NCBI GenBank assembly: GCA_963847705.1 | Contig: CAWKBC010000025.1 | Coordinates: 31,891-95,890, forward strand | Reading direction: 5' to 3' | Source of the DNA: an uncultured Pseudomonadota bacterium | Lineage (GTDB): Bacteria; Myxococcota_A; Polyangia; Fen-1088 | DNA length: 64,000 nt | In this document: piece by piece, positions 19,201-28,367 of the stretch | Layout: each line of letters opens with the position of its first letter | Numbering within the stretch: the first letter of the stretch is position 1 | Notes under the pieces: generated by a model | Databases searched by the model: none | What the model saw: the letters and a program-made list of their open reading frames with translations, nothing else | Told to the model about the DNA's origin: nothing | Program-made: the position numbers and the translations under genes

Positions 19201-21063
19201 CGGGAGGCATTGCCCTTCGACGAGATCCCTGACCTCTTCCTGCGTGTCGGCCAGGGAAAGGCGGAGGTCGGCGATCCGGAAGGAGCGATCGTCGCCTACC
19301 GCGAGGCCGCGGCGCTGGCCCCCAGCTCACGCGCGGCCCGCGAGGCACTGGCCCCGCTCCTGGCGGCCAAGGAGGATTGGGGCGGCTGGATCGCCGCGCG
19401 TGAGGCCCTGGCCGCGCTCGTGGCGGAGCCCGAGAGGGCCGCCCTCTGGGAGGAGATCGGCGACGCCTGCGCGGCGCGCCTCGGCGACCGGGCGCGCGCG
19501 GAAGCCGCCTACCGCCGGGCGTTCGAGGCCGAGCCCGCGCGGCGAGCGCCGATCGAGAAGCTGCTGGCGATCTACCAGGAAGAAGGCAGGTTCGAGCCGG
19601 CGGTCGAGATGCTGGCGGCTCTGGCCAAGGTGGAGACGTCACCGGCGGAGCGCGCGGCGCTGCGGCGAGAGGCGGCGCGGCTGCTGCTCGACCAGGTGAA
19701 CCGCCCGCTGGAGGCGATCGAGATGCTGGAGCGCGCCCTCGACGACGCCCCCGACATGCTCGACGCCTTCGACGAGCAGAGTCGCCTGCGCGAGGACGCC
19801 ATGGACTGGACCGGCCTGGTCGCCAGCCACCGCGCGATGCTCGAGCGCCTGCCACCGGATGCCCCGCGGCCGCTCCGGCTGCGCCTGTGGACCCGGATCG
19901 CCACCGTGGCGATGCGCCAGCTGCGCGACCGCAAGCTGGCCATGACGGCGTACGAGGCGGCGGTGGCGCTCGATCCCGGCGACCACGCCAAGCAGGAGAT
20001 GCTGGCTCACGTCTACCAGCTGGTGGGGCCCGACGCGCGCGAGCGCGCCATCGCCGCGCATCAGAAGCTGATCGCCCACGATCCCCACCGGACCGATTCC
20101 TACCTGGCGCTGGCGAAGCTGTACGGTGAGACGGGCGAGACCGACAAGCGCTGGTGCGTCGCCGCCACGCTCTGGTACCTCAAGAAGAACACCCCCGCGC
20201 TCGACGAGCTGTTCCACCGCCACCGGCCCCCGCGCGCCCGCGCCGCCCTGCGCCCCTTCACCGACGAGACCTGGCGCCAGGTGCGGCACCCCGACGAGGA
20301 CCTGCGGATCGGCGGCTTGTTCGCCGTCGCCTCGCCGTTCCTGGCGGTGTCGGCCGCCTACGACCCGGCGCACGTCGGGCTCAAGAAACGCGGACAGGTC
20401 GACCTCCAGCAGGACGCCAGCCTCTGGGCGCGCACGCTGGTCGAGCTGGCCGGAACGCTGGCCCTGCCGCTCCCCGACGTCTACGCGATGGACGGCGAGG
20501 CCGGCCAGACCACCCTGGTCAATGTCCGTCACCGCAATGGCCCGCGGCCGACGCTGCTGCTCGGGCCCCCGACGATGCGGCGGAACAGCTTCGATCTGGT
20601 CTTCGATCTGGCGCCCCATTTTTCCTTCTTGCGCCCCGAACGGTTCCCCAAGGTGGCGCTGCGGACGCCGCCCATCCTGCAGGGCGTGCTGGGGGTGCTG
20701 CGTGCGCTCGGCCGACCGAACGGCGGGCCGCCGCTCGAGGGTGAAGCGGGTCAGCTCAAGGCCCACCTCGCACGCACGATGCCTCCCGCGGCGCTGGCCC
20801 GGCTCGCCGAGGCCAGCCGCGATCTCGGCGCCGAGGGGGAGCCGGTGGACATCGAGCGGTGGATCGCCGCCACCGATCTGTCCGCCGCGCGCCTCGCGCT
20901 CTCCCTGACCGGGGAGCTGGCGGCGGCGTTCCGGGTGATCTCCAGCGAGCCGATCCCGCTGTCGACGATCCCCGCCCACCGGCGGATGGCCGACCTGGTG
21001 GCCTTCTCCGTCAGCGACGACTACTTCGCGGTCCGGCGCCAGCTCGGCCTGGCGATCGCCTAG
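16249..21063 (+). CDS. Giant TPR protein (AgmK-like C-terminus) with N-terminal degenerate SIR2-like domain
   Basis: VLVTGLGCS..AGAPSW, VVTTAFDD, LLHLCG, LVLIGFRPTDPDL in SIR2 motif order; long TPR array; C-terminal DKRWC...RHPDED...DLVAFSVSDDYFAVRRQLG. Confidence 0.85.
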   Translation: MVEIPDSLVERLKARQVVLVTGLGCSELAGAPSWKTFIDSLADRPVFSDVRAQIAGLIAAGRLGDALALIRDLLPPAQVEEAIERAFADGAPLPDSVRQAADFPWRAVVTTAFDDQWARALAAATTRRDPLRVLVGIDASARAQFGGPDTPLLHLCGRRALPKSLCLGPADARLRLLPSAGIAWLEQLRRRRSLVLIGFRPTDPDLVWLSSWLAAHPAQGGAGPHYLFLDLSAEDDPDREAMVWELRTGLTILPCLEGTGEAMARLAMIAGSIGTQLPSSDSDVDLAALLDRWARNPDDPEPRQILARAEGALRDEERWDRLVELLLRRLDLQDEPRQQIAALGEVARLFRDRLDAPERALKAEIVMLRLLPTDDDLWERLRADARAGGAWGALSTEARWVAEMAGATPAATRIWREIARVEREELDRPDDALAALEQALLATPGHREARAEQVALLRALGRWGELVAALKAAAAETDEPEQAIAGLLEAAEILEGPANDPVGAAQAYEATLTIAPEREQAAAALERLYAREKRWADLAALLERRADRLPASEASALRHRRVDILVDHLDALGQAAEQLEALAAEGDRGALLKLEQIYRRAERHDDYLQILRRLADAAGSQPERITALRRLAAEGDALPDGAEQAADALDEILRLDPRDSDAFEALTRLCRARGRFAALAEALSRRLEVTETAEAKRELLVSLAQICETELGDPERALDAYVAARSAGDRREEIHEATARLAERLGRWSVCAEALGAWAEASTEPELRAEVLVEAAGVFVEHLHDSPAAEAALERVAALAPEHPRALAILGRVREEGGGYEQAVALYERAASQEPDRSEQSALLTRAAVVLMEHGQDEDRAADLLVRALAADPGHRDANLRLVDVYTRREQWADVEALLDRELESARTPGETERDTERVAALQTQLARAALALGNAEKALACLETAHRLRPELLPMLRTFADLRYGRGEWKEAIVLYESLLALHREALPFDEIPDLFLRVGQGKAEVGDPEGAIVAYREAAALAPSSRAAREALAPLLAAKEDWGGWIAAREALAALVAEPERAALWEEIGDACAARLGDRARAEAAYRRAFEAEPARRAPIEKLLAIYQEEGRFEPAVEMLAALAKVETSPAERAALRREAARLLLDQVNRPLEAIEMLERALDDAPDMLDAFDEQSRLREDAMDWTGLVASHRAMLERLPPDAPRPLRLRLWTRIATVAMRQLRDRKLAMTAYEAAVALDPGDHAKQEMLAHVYQLVGPDARERAIAAHQKLIAHDPHRTDSYLALAKLYGETGETDKRWCVAATLWYLKKNTPALDELFHRHRPPRARAALRPFTDETWRQVRHPDEDLRIGGLFAVASPFLAVSAAYDPAHVGLKKRGQVDLQQDASLWARTLVELAGTLALPLPDVYAMDGEAGQTTLVNVRHRNGPRPTLLLGPPTMRRNSFDLVFDLAPHFSFLRPERFPKVALRTPPILQGVLGVLRALGRPNGGPPLEGEAGQLKAHLARTMPPAALARLAEASRDLGAEGEPVDIERWIAATDLSAARLALSLTGELAAAFRVISSEPIPLSTIPAHRRMADLVAFSVSDDYFAVRRQLGLAIA

Positions 21064-21134
21064 GAGGGGGCGTCGCCGTCAGGCGACGGTGAGCACCGCG
21101 AACCATGCCCGACGACGGCGCGCCCGAAGGCGCC

Positions 21135-22094
21135 CTAGCCCGCGGAGGTCGTCACGCCCGACGCGTCGGGAGGTCGAAGCCGGAAGCCGGTCCGCGCCAG
21201 GACGCCCAGACCGGCCAACGTCACGGGGACGACCTGCACCAGGTGATAGAGGAGCGCGAAGGCGACCGCGGTCGGCTTCCCCACCTTGGCCAGCACCAGG
21301 ACGACGGCGGCGGCGCTCTCGAACGTCCCGGCGTTGGCCGGAAGGGCGGGGACCGCCATGGCCAGGTTGATGCCCAGGAGGACGACGATCGCCAGCACCG
21401 GCGCCAGATGCAGACCGATGGCGCGGGCGCAGAGGATGATCATGGCGATCTCGCACGACCAGGCCGCGAGCGACGCCCCCAGCGTTTCCGCCGTCGCCTC
21501 GGAGCTCCGGAGCACGGTCATCCCGGGCGCGATCCGCGCCGCGGCCGCTCGAAGGAATCCAGGGATTCGCCCGCTTCGACCGTCCGCCATCCCCCGCAGG
21601 ATGACCAGCACCGCCAGCGCCACGCCCAGGGCGGCCGCCCCGGTTCCCAGCACCCACGACTGCGCCGGGGCAAAGCAGCTGGCAGAGAGCGCGAGCGCCG
21701 CCAGGACCACGACCTCCAGCAGCTTCTCGACGACCGCGATCGCCATCGCGGCCGATTTCCCGATCCCCGCGCAGCTCTCCAGCATGTAGAGACGGGCCAC
21801 GTCGCCCGCCCGCAGCGGAAACACGTTGTTGATGGCCGAGGAGCTCAAGACGGCGCGAACCAGGCATCCGAGCGACGCGCGGGCGGGCGCGAGCAGGACC
21901 TGCAACCGCGCCGCCCGGATGGTCAACATCAGGCCGTTGATGGCCACGACCACCACCAGAAGCTCGAGCTTGGCCCTTCGGAGCGTCCCCCAGACCTCGC
22001 GCCAGCTCACATGATGAGCGACGAAGCCGACGGCGGCGACCCCCACCAACCCGCGGGCCACCACCGCGAGCGCCCGACGCCGAGGCGTCGGCAT
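21135..22094 (-). CDS. Lysylphosphatidylglycerol-synthase TM (UPF0104, flippase-like) protein
   Basis: NNVFPLRAGDVAR, VVEKLLE, PANAGTFE, ALLYH motifs; multiple TM segments. Confidence 0.9.
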   Translation of the reverse strand: MPTPRRRALAVVARGLVGVAAVGFVAHHVSWREVWGTLRRAKLELLVVVVAINGLMLTIRAARLQVLLAPARASLGCLVRAVLSSSAINNVFPLRAGDVARLYMLESCAGIGKSAAMAIAVVEKLLEVVVLAALALSASCFAPAQSWVLGTGAAALGVALAVLVILRGMADGRSGRIPGFLRAAAARIAPGMTVLRSSEATAETLGASLAAWSCEIAMIILCARAIGLHLAPVLAIVVLLGINLAMAVPALPANAGTFESAAAVVLVLAKVGKPTAVAFALLYHLVQVVPVTLAGLGVLARTGFRLRPPDASGVTTSAG

Positions 22095-22098
22095 GGCC

Positions 22099-23007
22099 CT
22101 ACCCGACCTGGTGGGACCGGCCACGCAGAGCCGCGGCCGCGGCCGCGCCCGTCGTGGCTGCAGGCGCCTCGACCGGCACCAGACGCTCGATCCGCGCGGC
22201 CTCCGTCTGTCGCGCCTGGGCGGAGAGCAGCGCCGGATCGCCCAGCTGTTTCATCGTCCAGACGATCCGGGCGATCGCCGTCCCGGTGTTGAGCAGCGCC
22301 ATGATGAACAGGGCGACCGCCGTGACCGCGTAGGTCGGGTGAGGCACGAAACCCTCGACGTGGTGTCCCACCAGCGGCGAGAAGGCCAGGGCGATCGAGA
22401 GCAGTGTGATCCGGTCGGCCCGCTGCATGAGCCCTTCCGCGCCGGTCAGGCCGAGCGTCTCGGCGCGCGACCGCGCGTAGCTGATGACGAAGGACATGAC
22501 CAGCGCCACCAGCGCCGCGTACATGACCACCGTCCCCGCGTAGTAGACGACGCAACCGCCGAACATGAGGCCGTCGGCCACCCGGTCGATGGTCGAATCG
22601 AAGAACGCCCCGCGCGCGCTGGTCGACCGCAAGGCGCGCGCGACCTCGCCATCCATCACGTCGAGCGCCCCCGTCGAGATCAACAGCACCGAGCCGAGGG
22701 CGAAGTGACCGGCACCGACCGCGATCGCCGTGGCGAACGCCAGGAGCAGGCCCAGCACGGTGAAGAAGCTGGCCGACTGTCCGCTGCGGATGGCCAGGCG
22801 GCAGATGGGCTTGGTCAGCCAGTAAAAGTACCCGACCAGCAGCGAGGGGAGCAGGCGACGTCCAGCTCCGCGCGGGCGCAGCGGCGGCAAGGTCGACAGG
22901 CGGAGCGCCACCCGCACCGCGTAGGTGAACAGCGCGAGCGAGAAGAAGGAGGCGAATCCCACCAGGAACACGACATCCATAACCTTCGGCGATAGGTGAA
23001 GGCTCAC
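22099..23007 (-). CDS. CDP-alcohol phosphatidyltransferase (PgsA / phosphatidylinositol-phosphate synthase-like)
   Basis: DVMDGEVAR...GAFFDSTIDRVAD signature; ISYARSRAETLG..GLMQRADR; AAGGAG RBS before GTG at 23007. Confidence 0.9.
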   Translation of the reverse strand: MSLHLSPKVMDVVFLVGFASFFSLALFTYAVRVALRLSTLPPLRPRGAGRRLLPSLLVGYFYWLTKPICRLAIRSGQSASFFTVLGLLLAFATAIAVGAGHFALGSVLLISTGALDVMDGEVARALRSTSARGAFFDSTIDRVADGLMFGGCVVYYAGTVVMYAALVALVMSFVISYARSRAETLGLTGAEGLMQRADRITLLSIALAFSPLVGHHVEGFVPHPTYAVTAVALFIMALLNTGTAIARIVWTMKQLGDPALLSAQARQTEAARIERLVPVEAPAATTGAAAAAALRGRSHQVG

Positions 23008-23319
23008 GGCGAGGTCTCCTTTGGCGGTGGGATGTCGTCGACCGACCACAATCGTTCCGCGATCACGACCCGCAACAACTTCAGATAGGCCACGAGGGTC
23101 AGCTGACCAAGGCGCCCAAGAAACACGAGCTGGCTTTGCAACGTCGGTGTCCTACTGACTGAATTAACCATTTGAGCCACTGCCGCCAGATGCAAGCTCA
23201 GCACCGTGGAGCGTGCCATTCGAAGCGGTCCCGGAGATCACTGGGAATTGGCCCAAGATCAGCCGTGAGACAGGTCGCACAGCCGTCAGGTTTTGGACGA
23301 ATCGTCCAATGGCTGATGA

Positions 23320-23597
23320 CTCGGCCGCGCCAGCGCCGCCCATCCAGAGCAGGCCAGTCAAGAGCGAGGTCAGCACCAGGGCGGTGCTCCGGATGTTGCC
23401 GAAGAGGATCGCCACCAGCAGCGCGACGCCGGCGAAGGCCACCCCGGTCGCCAGCGGCCCGGCGCGCGAAATCGACCGCAGCATCGCCGCGAACATCGAG
23501 GAATTGCCGGCGGCGCTCACCAGCTCGCCACCTGGCAGTTGAACAGGACCAGGCACACGCCCAGCAGCAGGAGCGCGTTCCGAGCCCGCGCCGTCAC
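23320..23597 (-). pseudogene. Chimeric remnant: short N-terminus of a lost gene joined to an internal MMPL/RND fragment
   Basis: GTG overlapping the GT4 stop reads VTARARNALLLLGVCLVLFNCQVASW*; another frame reads VQLPGGELVSAAGNSSMFAAMLRSISRAGPLAT...LLWMGG, resembling an MMPL TM entry; then decays. Confidence 0.55.
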
Positions 23598-24787
23598 GCG
23601 GACCGCGCCGTCGACTGAGGCTCGCTCCCGCCGCCGCGGAGGAGCCGGGCGTAAAGCGCGAGCACCTGATCGGTGACGACCGGCCAGTCGAAGCGCGCCG
23701 CCGTGCGACGTCCGGCCTCCGCGCAGCGCCGCCGCGCGGCCTCGTCAGTCAGCAGCCAGTTCGCGCAGCGGGCGAGCTCGGTCGATGCGGGGTCGGCCGC
23801 GACGTCCACCAGATGGCCCTCCACACCGTCCCGCATGACGTTGCGGAAACCGGGCGTGTCGGCCGCCACGACTGCGCACCCGGCGGCCATCGCCTCGAGC
23901 ACGATGATCCCGAAGGTCCCGCCGACGGCCGGGCAGAGCAGCAGATCGCCCGAGGCATAATATGATCGGCGCTCCGGACCGGGGACGAACCCCACGAAGT
24001 GGACGTCGTCGCGGAGGTCGGAGGGGACCATCGCCTCGTACCTCGGCCGCAGGGGACCGTCGCCCACGACGATCAGGCGGGCGTCGGTCCCCAGGCGCCT
24101 CACCCCGACCCACGCGCGGATCACGTGGTCGACGCCGTTGCGGGGATCGAATCGCCCGACATGCAGGACGTTCAAGCGGCCGTCGTCGAACTCCGGACGG
24201 CGGCGGCCCGAAGAGAACGCCGCCACGTCCACCCCGTTGGGAATGATCTGCCAGGGCGCCCGAAAATAGCGGCGGACCCCGGTGAGCGCCGTGTCGGAGA
24301 CGCCGACCGCCGCATGGAGCCGATCGACGTAGGGCTGCAACCGCCGCCTGACGAGCGCGAGCAGCAGGCTGCGCTCGAACGCGCTGTGAAAGGTCCCGAC
24401 GTTGACGGCGTCGGAGCAGCGCAACGCCAAGAGGGGAAGCGTCGGCATCAGCGGCGAGTGGACGTGGACCACGTCGAACCTCTCCGCGCGGATCACCTCG
24501 CGCATTCGGGTCGAGAGATCGCTGCCGGTCGACGTCCGCGCGATCGAGCCGCCCGAGAGCACGGGAACGGAGACGCCGATCCGGATGACGCTGTTTTCCT
24601 GGTCCGCGCGCCGCGCGGCCTCCGCGGAGAGCACCTCCCTCTCGGAGGCCAGGTTGTCCCTCACCACCGGTGTCAGGATTCGAACGTCGTGACCGACACG
24701 CCGGGCCGCCCGCGCGAAGTGGTGGACGTGCTCCTGAATCCCACCCAGCGTCGGGTAGTAGTATTCGGTGACAATCCCAATTCGCAT
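23594..24787 (-). CDS. GT4 glycosyltransferase, PimA (phosphatidyl-myo-inositol mannosyltransferase)-like
   Basis: MRIGIVTEYYYP..GGIQEHV, FDVVHVHSP..P.L, VGTFHS, IIPNGVD, GRFDPRNG, TFGIIVLEAMAAG. Confidence 0.88.
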   Translation of the reverse strand: MRIGIVTEYYYPTLGGIQEHVHHFARAARRVGHDVRILTPVVRDNLASEREVLSAEAARRADQENSVIRIGVSVPVLSGGSIARTSTGSDLSTRMREVIRAERFDVVHVHSPLMPTLPLLALRCSDAVNVGTFHSAFERSLLLALVRRRLQPYVDRLHAAVGVSDTALTGVRRYFRAPWQIIPNGVDVAAFSSGRRRPEFDDGRLNVLHVGRFDPRNGVDHVIRAWVGVRRLGTDARLIVVGDGPLRPRYEAMVPSDLRDDVHFVGFVPGPERRSYYASGDLLLCPAVGGTFGIIVLEAMAAGCAVVAADTPGFRNVMRDGVEGHLVDVAADPASTELARCANWLLTDEAARRRCAEAGRRTAARFDWPVVTDQVLALYARLLRGGGSEPQSTARSA

Positions 24788-25078
24788 TTGAGCGGCGCCC
24801 CGCGCAAAGAGGGATGGGGCCGCCTCGGCGCCGGCGCAAGGCAAAGACCACTTTGGGGCCACAGCTCGAGCATCCAATAACCTCGATCGCCCGGCCCGGT
24901 GGCGACCGCTTCGGCGATCACCAGGCTGTCGCCCGGCAGCTCGCCGAGGCGGCCTTCTCGCTGAGCGTCCAGCGCCAGGAGACCGAGGCTGGTGACCGGA
25001 ACAAAGAGAGACGCGCCGGCTCGAGGGGGAGCATCGCCCAGGAAAGTCATGACCCGACGGCGTGGCGCCCGAAGGCGC

Positions 25079-26653
25079 CTAGCGGGATCGGGACGGGCTG
25101 GGCGCGCGGCGCTTGGGGGGCGCCATCTCCAGGGGGACGCCCCGCGGCTGCATGGGGATCGCGATGATGAAGGTCGAGCCACTTCCAGGCCGGTTCTGAA
25201 CGCGAATTCGTCCGCCGTGCGCTTCGACGTACTCCTTGGAGATGACCAGGCCGAGCCCGACGCTGGCCCGGCGCCGGCCGTCACTCCCCCAGCGATGCCG
25301 ATCGAAGATCTGGTCGACCTCGTCGGGCGGGATGCCCGGGCCGGTGTCGGAGACGGCCACCTCGACGTGATCGCCCACCTGCTTCACCGCCAGATCGACC
25401 TGGCCGCCGTCCTGGCTGATCTCCACCGCGTTGGCGACGACGTTGCTCACCGCCTGCACCATCCGGTAGCGATCGACGTAGGCCGTCAGCCCCTTCTTCT
25501 CGGTGACCGCCCGCAGGCGGACCGCGCGCGCTTCGGCGAGTGGGCGAAAGAGATCGGCCACCTCGCTCATGATCGAGTCGATCGACTCCATGACCCGTCC
25601 GAGCACCAGCGCGCCCGACTCGATCACGAACATGGCTCCCAGATCGGCGAGCAGCCGGTCGGCCAGGGTGGCGGCGCTCCGGATCTGGGTGGCCAGCGGA
25701 CTTCCGTTCTGTCGGGCCAGCTCGGTGGCGATGAACCCGATCGCGTTGAGCGAGTTGCGCAGATCGTGAGAGACCATGCTCATCATCTCATCACGGGCGC
25801 GCTTGGCGCTGACGGCCAGCTCGTACAGACGCGCGTTCTCCAGCGCCAGGGCCGCCCGATCGGCCAACGCCTCGATGGTGGGAAGATCGTCCGCCACGAA
25901 ACGCCGGCGGTCGTTGGTGATCAGCAGGGAGAGGACCCCCGTCGGTTTTCCCCGCACCAGCAGGGGGACCCGCAGCGCCGACCGAACGCCCAGCGGGGCC
26001 AGCCCGTCGGCGGCTTCGGTGACCGAGCTCAGCAGCTCGGACGCCGCGGTCTGAATGACCCGCCCCGTCCCGACATTCGCGAAGGCGCCGGCCGTGAGCT
26101 CCTCCTGCTGCTTGACCGCGGCCCGGGTCAAGCTCTCGCCCACCAGCAGATCAACGATGCAGACGTCGGCCACGCGCGGGACGACCAGCGAGGTCAGCTT
26201 GCGGATGATCTCGTCGCGCTCGAGCGACAGCGACAGCTCCTCGCCCGCGTCGGCGAGGAGGCTCATCGCCCGCTCCGCCCGCTCCGCCGTCTGGCTTTCG
26301 TCGGAGACGTCGCGCAAGTAGATCGTCAACCCGGATCCCGATGGGTAGAGTCTCTGCCGAACGGGGCGCCGCGTGATCGGCGAGATCGACTCGAACTCGA
26401 CCGGCGTCATTCCGGCGAGGGCCTGCTTGTACCGCTCGCCGCTCGCCGACGCCGCCATGTCGGGGAAGAGATCCCAGCAGATCTTTCCCAACATGTGATC
26501 CCGCGGCGCGCCGAGGTGCCTCTCGGCCGCCTGGTTGATGTAGACGAGGCGCCAGTCGCGATCGAGGGCGACGATTGCGTCGCTCACCCGATCAAGGACG
26601 TCAATAAACCTGCGCTCGAGATCGCCAAATAGTCCCACCAGAGGCTCCCCCAT
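25079..26653 (-). CDS. PAS-GAF sensor histidine kinase
   Basis: PAS (ALDRDWRLVYINQAAE), GAF (ALENARLYE), H-box SHDLRNSL, SDTGPGI, GLGL. Confidence 0.92.
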   Translation of the reverse strand: MGEPLVGLFGDLERRFIDVLDRVSDAIVALDRDWRLVYINQAAERHLGAPRDHMLGKICWDLFPDMAASASGERYKQALAGMTPVEFESISPITRRPVRQRLYPSGSGLTIYLRDVSDESQTAERAERAMSLLADAGEELSLSLERDEIIRKLTSLVVPRVADVCIVDLLVGESLTRAAVKQQEELTAGAFANVGTGRVIQTAASELLSSVTEAADGLAPLGVRSALRVPLLVRGKPTGVLSLLITNDRRRFVADDLPTIEALADRAALALENARLYELAVSAKRARDEMMSMVSHDLRNSLNAIGFIATELARQNGSPLATQIRSAATLADRLLADLGAMFVIESGALVLGRVMESIDSIMSEVADLFRPLAEARAVRLRAVTEKKGLTAYVDRYRMVQAVSNVVANAVEISQDGGQVDLAVKQVGDHVEVAVSDTGPGIPPDEVDQIFDRHRWGSDGRRRASVGLGLVISKEYVEAHGGRIRVQNRPGSGSTFIIAIPMQPRGVPLEMAPPKRRAPSPSRSR

Positions 26654-26731
26654 CCACGCGCTATTGTACCCGCCCTTTAGGCGGCTTGCGTTAACTTTGG
26701 GGGCTTAATTTTGGCGTTGAGTTGCTGGCCG

Positions 26732-28291
26732 TCAGTTGTTGGCCAGGGCACGTTGCAGTGTTTCGAAGGCCACCGGTTTGATGAGATAGGTCTCGAAACC
26801 TGCCTCGTCGCCCATCCGGCGGTGATCGCCCTGACCATACCCGGTAAGTGCGATGAGTCGCAAATTCGGAGCGCCGGATTTCAGACGGCGGGCGACCTCG
26901 AAGCCATTCATTCCAGGAAGCCCGATGTCCACGATCGCCACCTCGGGCCGTGAGCGCGACGCTTCCTCGAGCCCTCCGGGGCCATCCCCGGCCTGGTAGA
27001 CCTCGTGTCCGGCGATCTCGAGCAGCCTGGCCAACGCCTCACGCGCGTCGACGTTGTCGTCAACAACCAGGATCCTCCGCCGCGGCCCCAGCCCGCCACG
27101 CGGGTCTCCCGAGGCGAGGGTGGCGGCCAGCGGGAGGCGAACCGCGAACTCCGTCCCGCTGTTGAGGCCCGGGCTCCAGACATCGATCCGCCCTCCGTGC
27201 GCCTCGACCAGACTGCGCACGATCGCCAGCCCCAGACCGAGGCCGCCGTCTCGCCGATCGAGTCCACGCTCGCTCTGCACGAACAGATCGAAGACGCGGG
27301 GGAGGAGCTCGACCGAGATCCCGACGCCGGTGTCCTTGACGCGCAGGATGGCGTCGCCGCCCTCCGGCTCCACCTCGATGATGATCCTCCCGCCCGCCGG
27401 CGTGTACTTGATGGCATTCATCAGCAGGTTGTTGACGATCTGTTCCAGGCGCGGGCCGTCCCCGTGCACGTGCGTTCCCGCGCAGCGCAGCTCGTGGCGA
27501 TGCCGCTCGAAGAGGCGCCGGTCGACGAAGTCGTGGACGCATCGGTGGACCAGAGCCACCAGGTCGACGTTGGTCCGCTCCAGCGTCAGCTTGCCGGCCG
27601 AGAGCCGGGAGACGTCCATCAGATCGTCGACGATGCGCGCCAGCTGCTCGGTCTGGCGCCGGATGGCGGCGCTGGCCTTTGAGAGGTCATCGTCGCCGCT
27701 GGTCAGGTGGCTGATCAACGTCGACGCGTTCATGATGACGCCGAGCGGATTGCGCAGCTCGTGCGAGACCATGGCCAGGAACTCATCCTTCCGCCGGCTG
27801 GTCTCGAGAACCGCCTCTTCTTCCCGCTTGCGCTTGGTGATGTCCCAGCAGACGCCGATCATCCGAAAGGGCTCGCCCTTTTCGCCCGACAGCACCCGAC
27901 CCTTGGCGCGCATCCAGCGCACCTCCCCAGCTTTCTCTGCCGAGCGAAACTCGATCTCGTAATTGGAGCGCCCCTCGATGCAGCTTCGAAGCGCGTTCAC
28001 CACCCGCTCGCGATCGCCCGGGTGGACCATCGCCTGATACGATTCGAAGGTGTTGCCGAAGCTGCCCGGTGGCAGCCCGTGAATTCGCTCCAAGTTGTCT
28101 GACCACCGCACCACGCCCGTTCCGATGTCCCATTCCCAGCCGCCGATCTCACCGGCGTCGAGGACCAGGCGCAGGTCGGCGTCACTGAGACCGAAGGCCG
28201 CCTCGAGGGGTCCGCTTTTGAGCGACTTGGGCGGGAAGGGAGCGGTGGGCTCCTTCACGACTCTCCGGTCGGGTGGAGGCCCGTGGCTCAT
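26732..28291 (-). CDS. Hybrid PAS histidine kinase / response regulator
   Basis: PAS_3 (VHPGDRERV), SHELRNPL, NAIKYTP, GLGLGL, receiver VVDDN...DIGLPGMNG...KP. Confidence 0.95.
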   Translation of the reverse strand: MSHGPPPDRRVVKEPTAPFPPKSLKSGPLEAAFGLSDADLRLVLDAGEIGGWEWDIGTGVVRWSDNLERIHGLPPGSFGNTFESYQAMVHPGDRERVVNALRSCIEGRSNYEIEFRSAEKAGEVRWMRAKGRVLSGEKGEPFRMIGVCWDITKRKREEEAVLETSRRKDEFLAMVSHELRNPLGVIMNASTLISHLTSGDDDLSKASAAIRRQTEQLARIVDDLMDVSRLSAGKLTLERTNVDLVALVHRCVHDFVDRRLFERHRHELRCAGTHVHGDGPRLEQIVNNLLMNAIKYTPAGGRIIIEVEPEGGDAILRVKDTGVGISVELLPRVFDLFVQSERGLDRRDGGLGLGLAIVRSLVEAHGGRIDVWSPGLNSGTEFAVRLPLAATLASGDPRGGLGPRRRILVVDDNVDAREALARLLEIAGHEVYQAGDGPGGLEEASRSRPEVAIVDIGLPGMNGFEVARRLKSGAPNLRLIALTGYGQGDHRRMGDEAGFETYLIKPVAFETLQRALANN

Positions 28292-28367
28292 GTGGGGAAG
28301 TTACACGTGGCTGGCTTACTCAAAAAGTTTATTTCCAAGATTGGTGCGTCAAATTGAGCAGGGCCGC

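Noticed and set aside
24800-25060. Possible small gene or fragment (MTFLGDAPP...) upstream of the GT4
   Set aside because: No recognisable family and it overlaps the GT4 start region; could be debris but cannot be supported.
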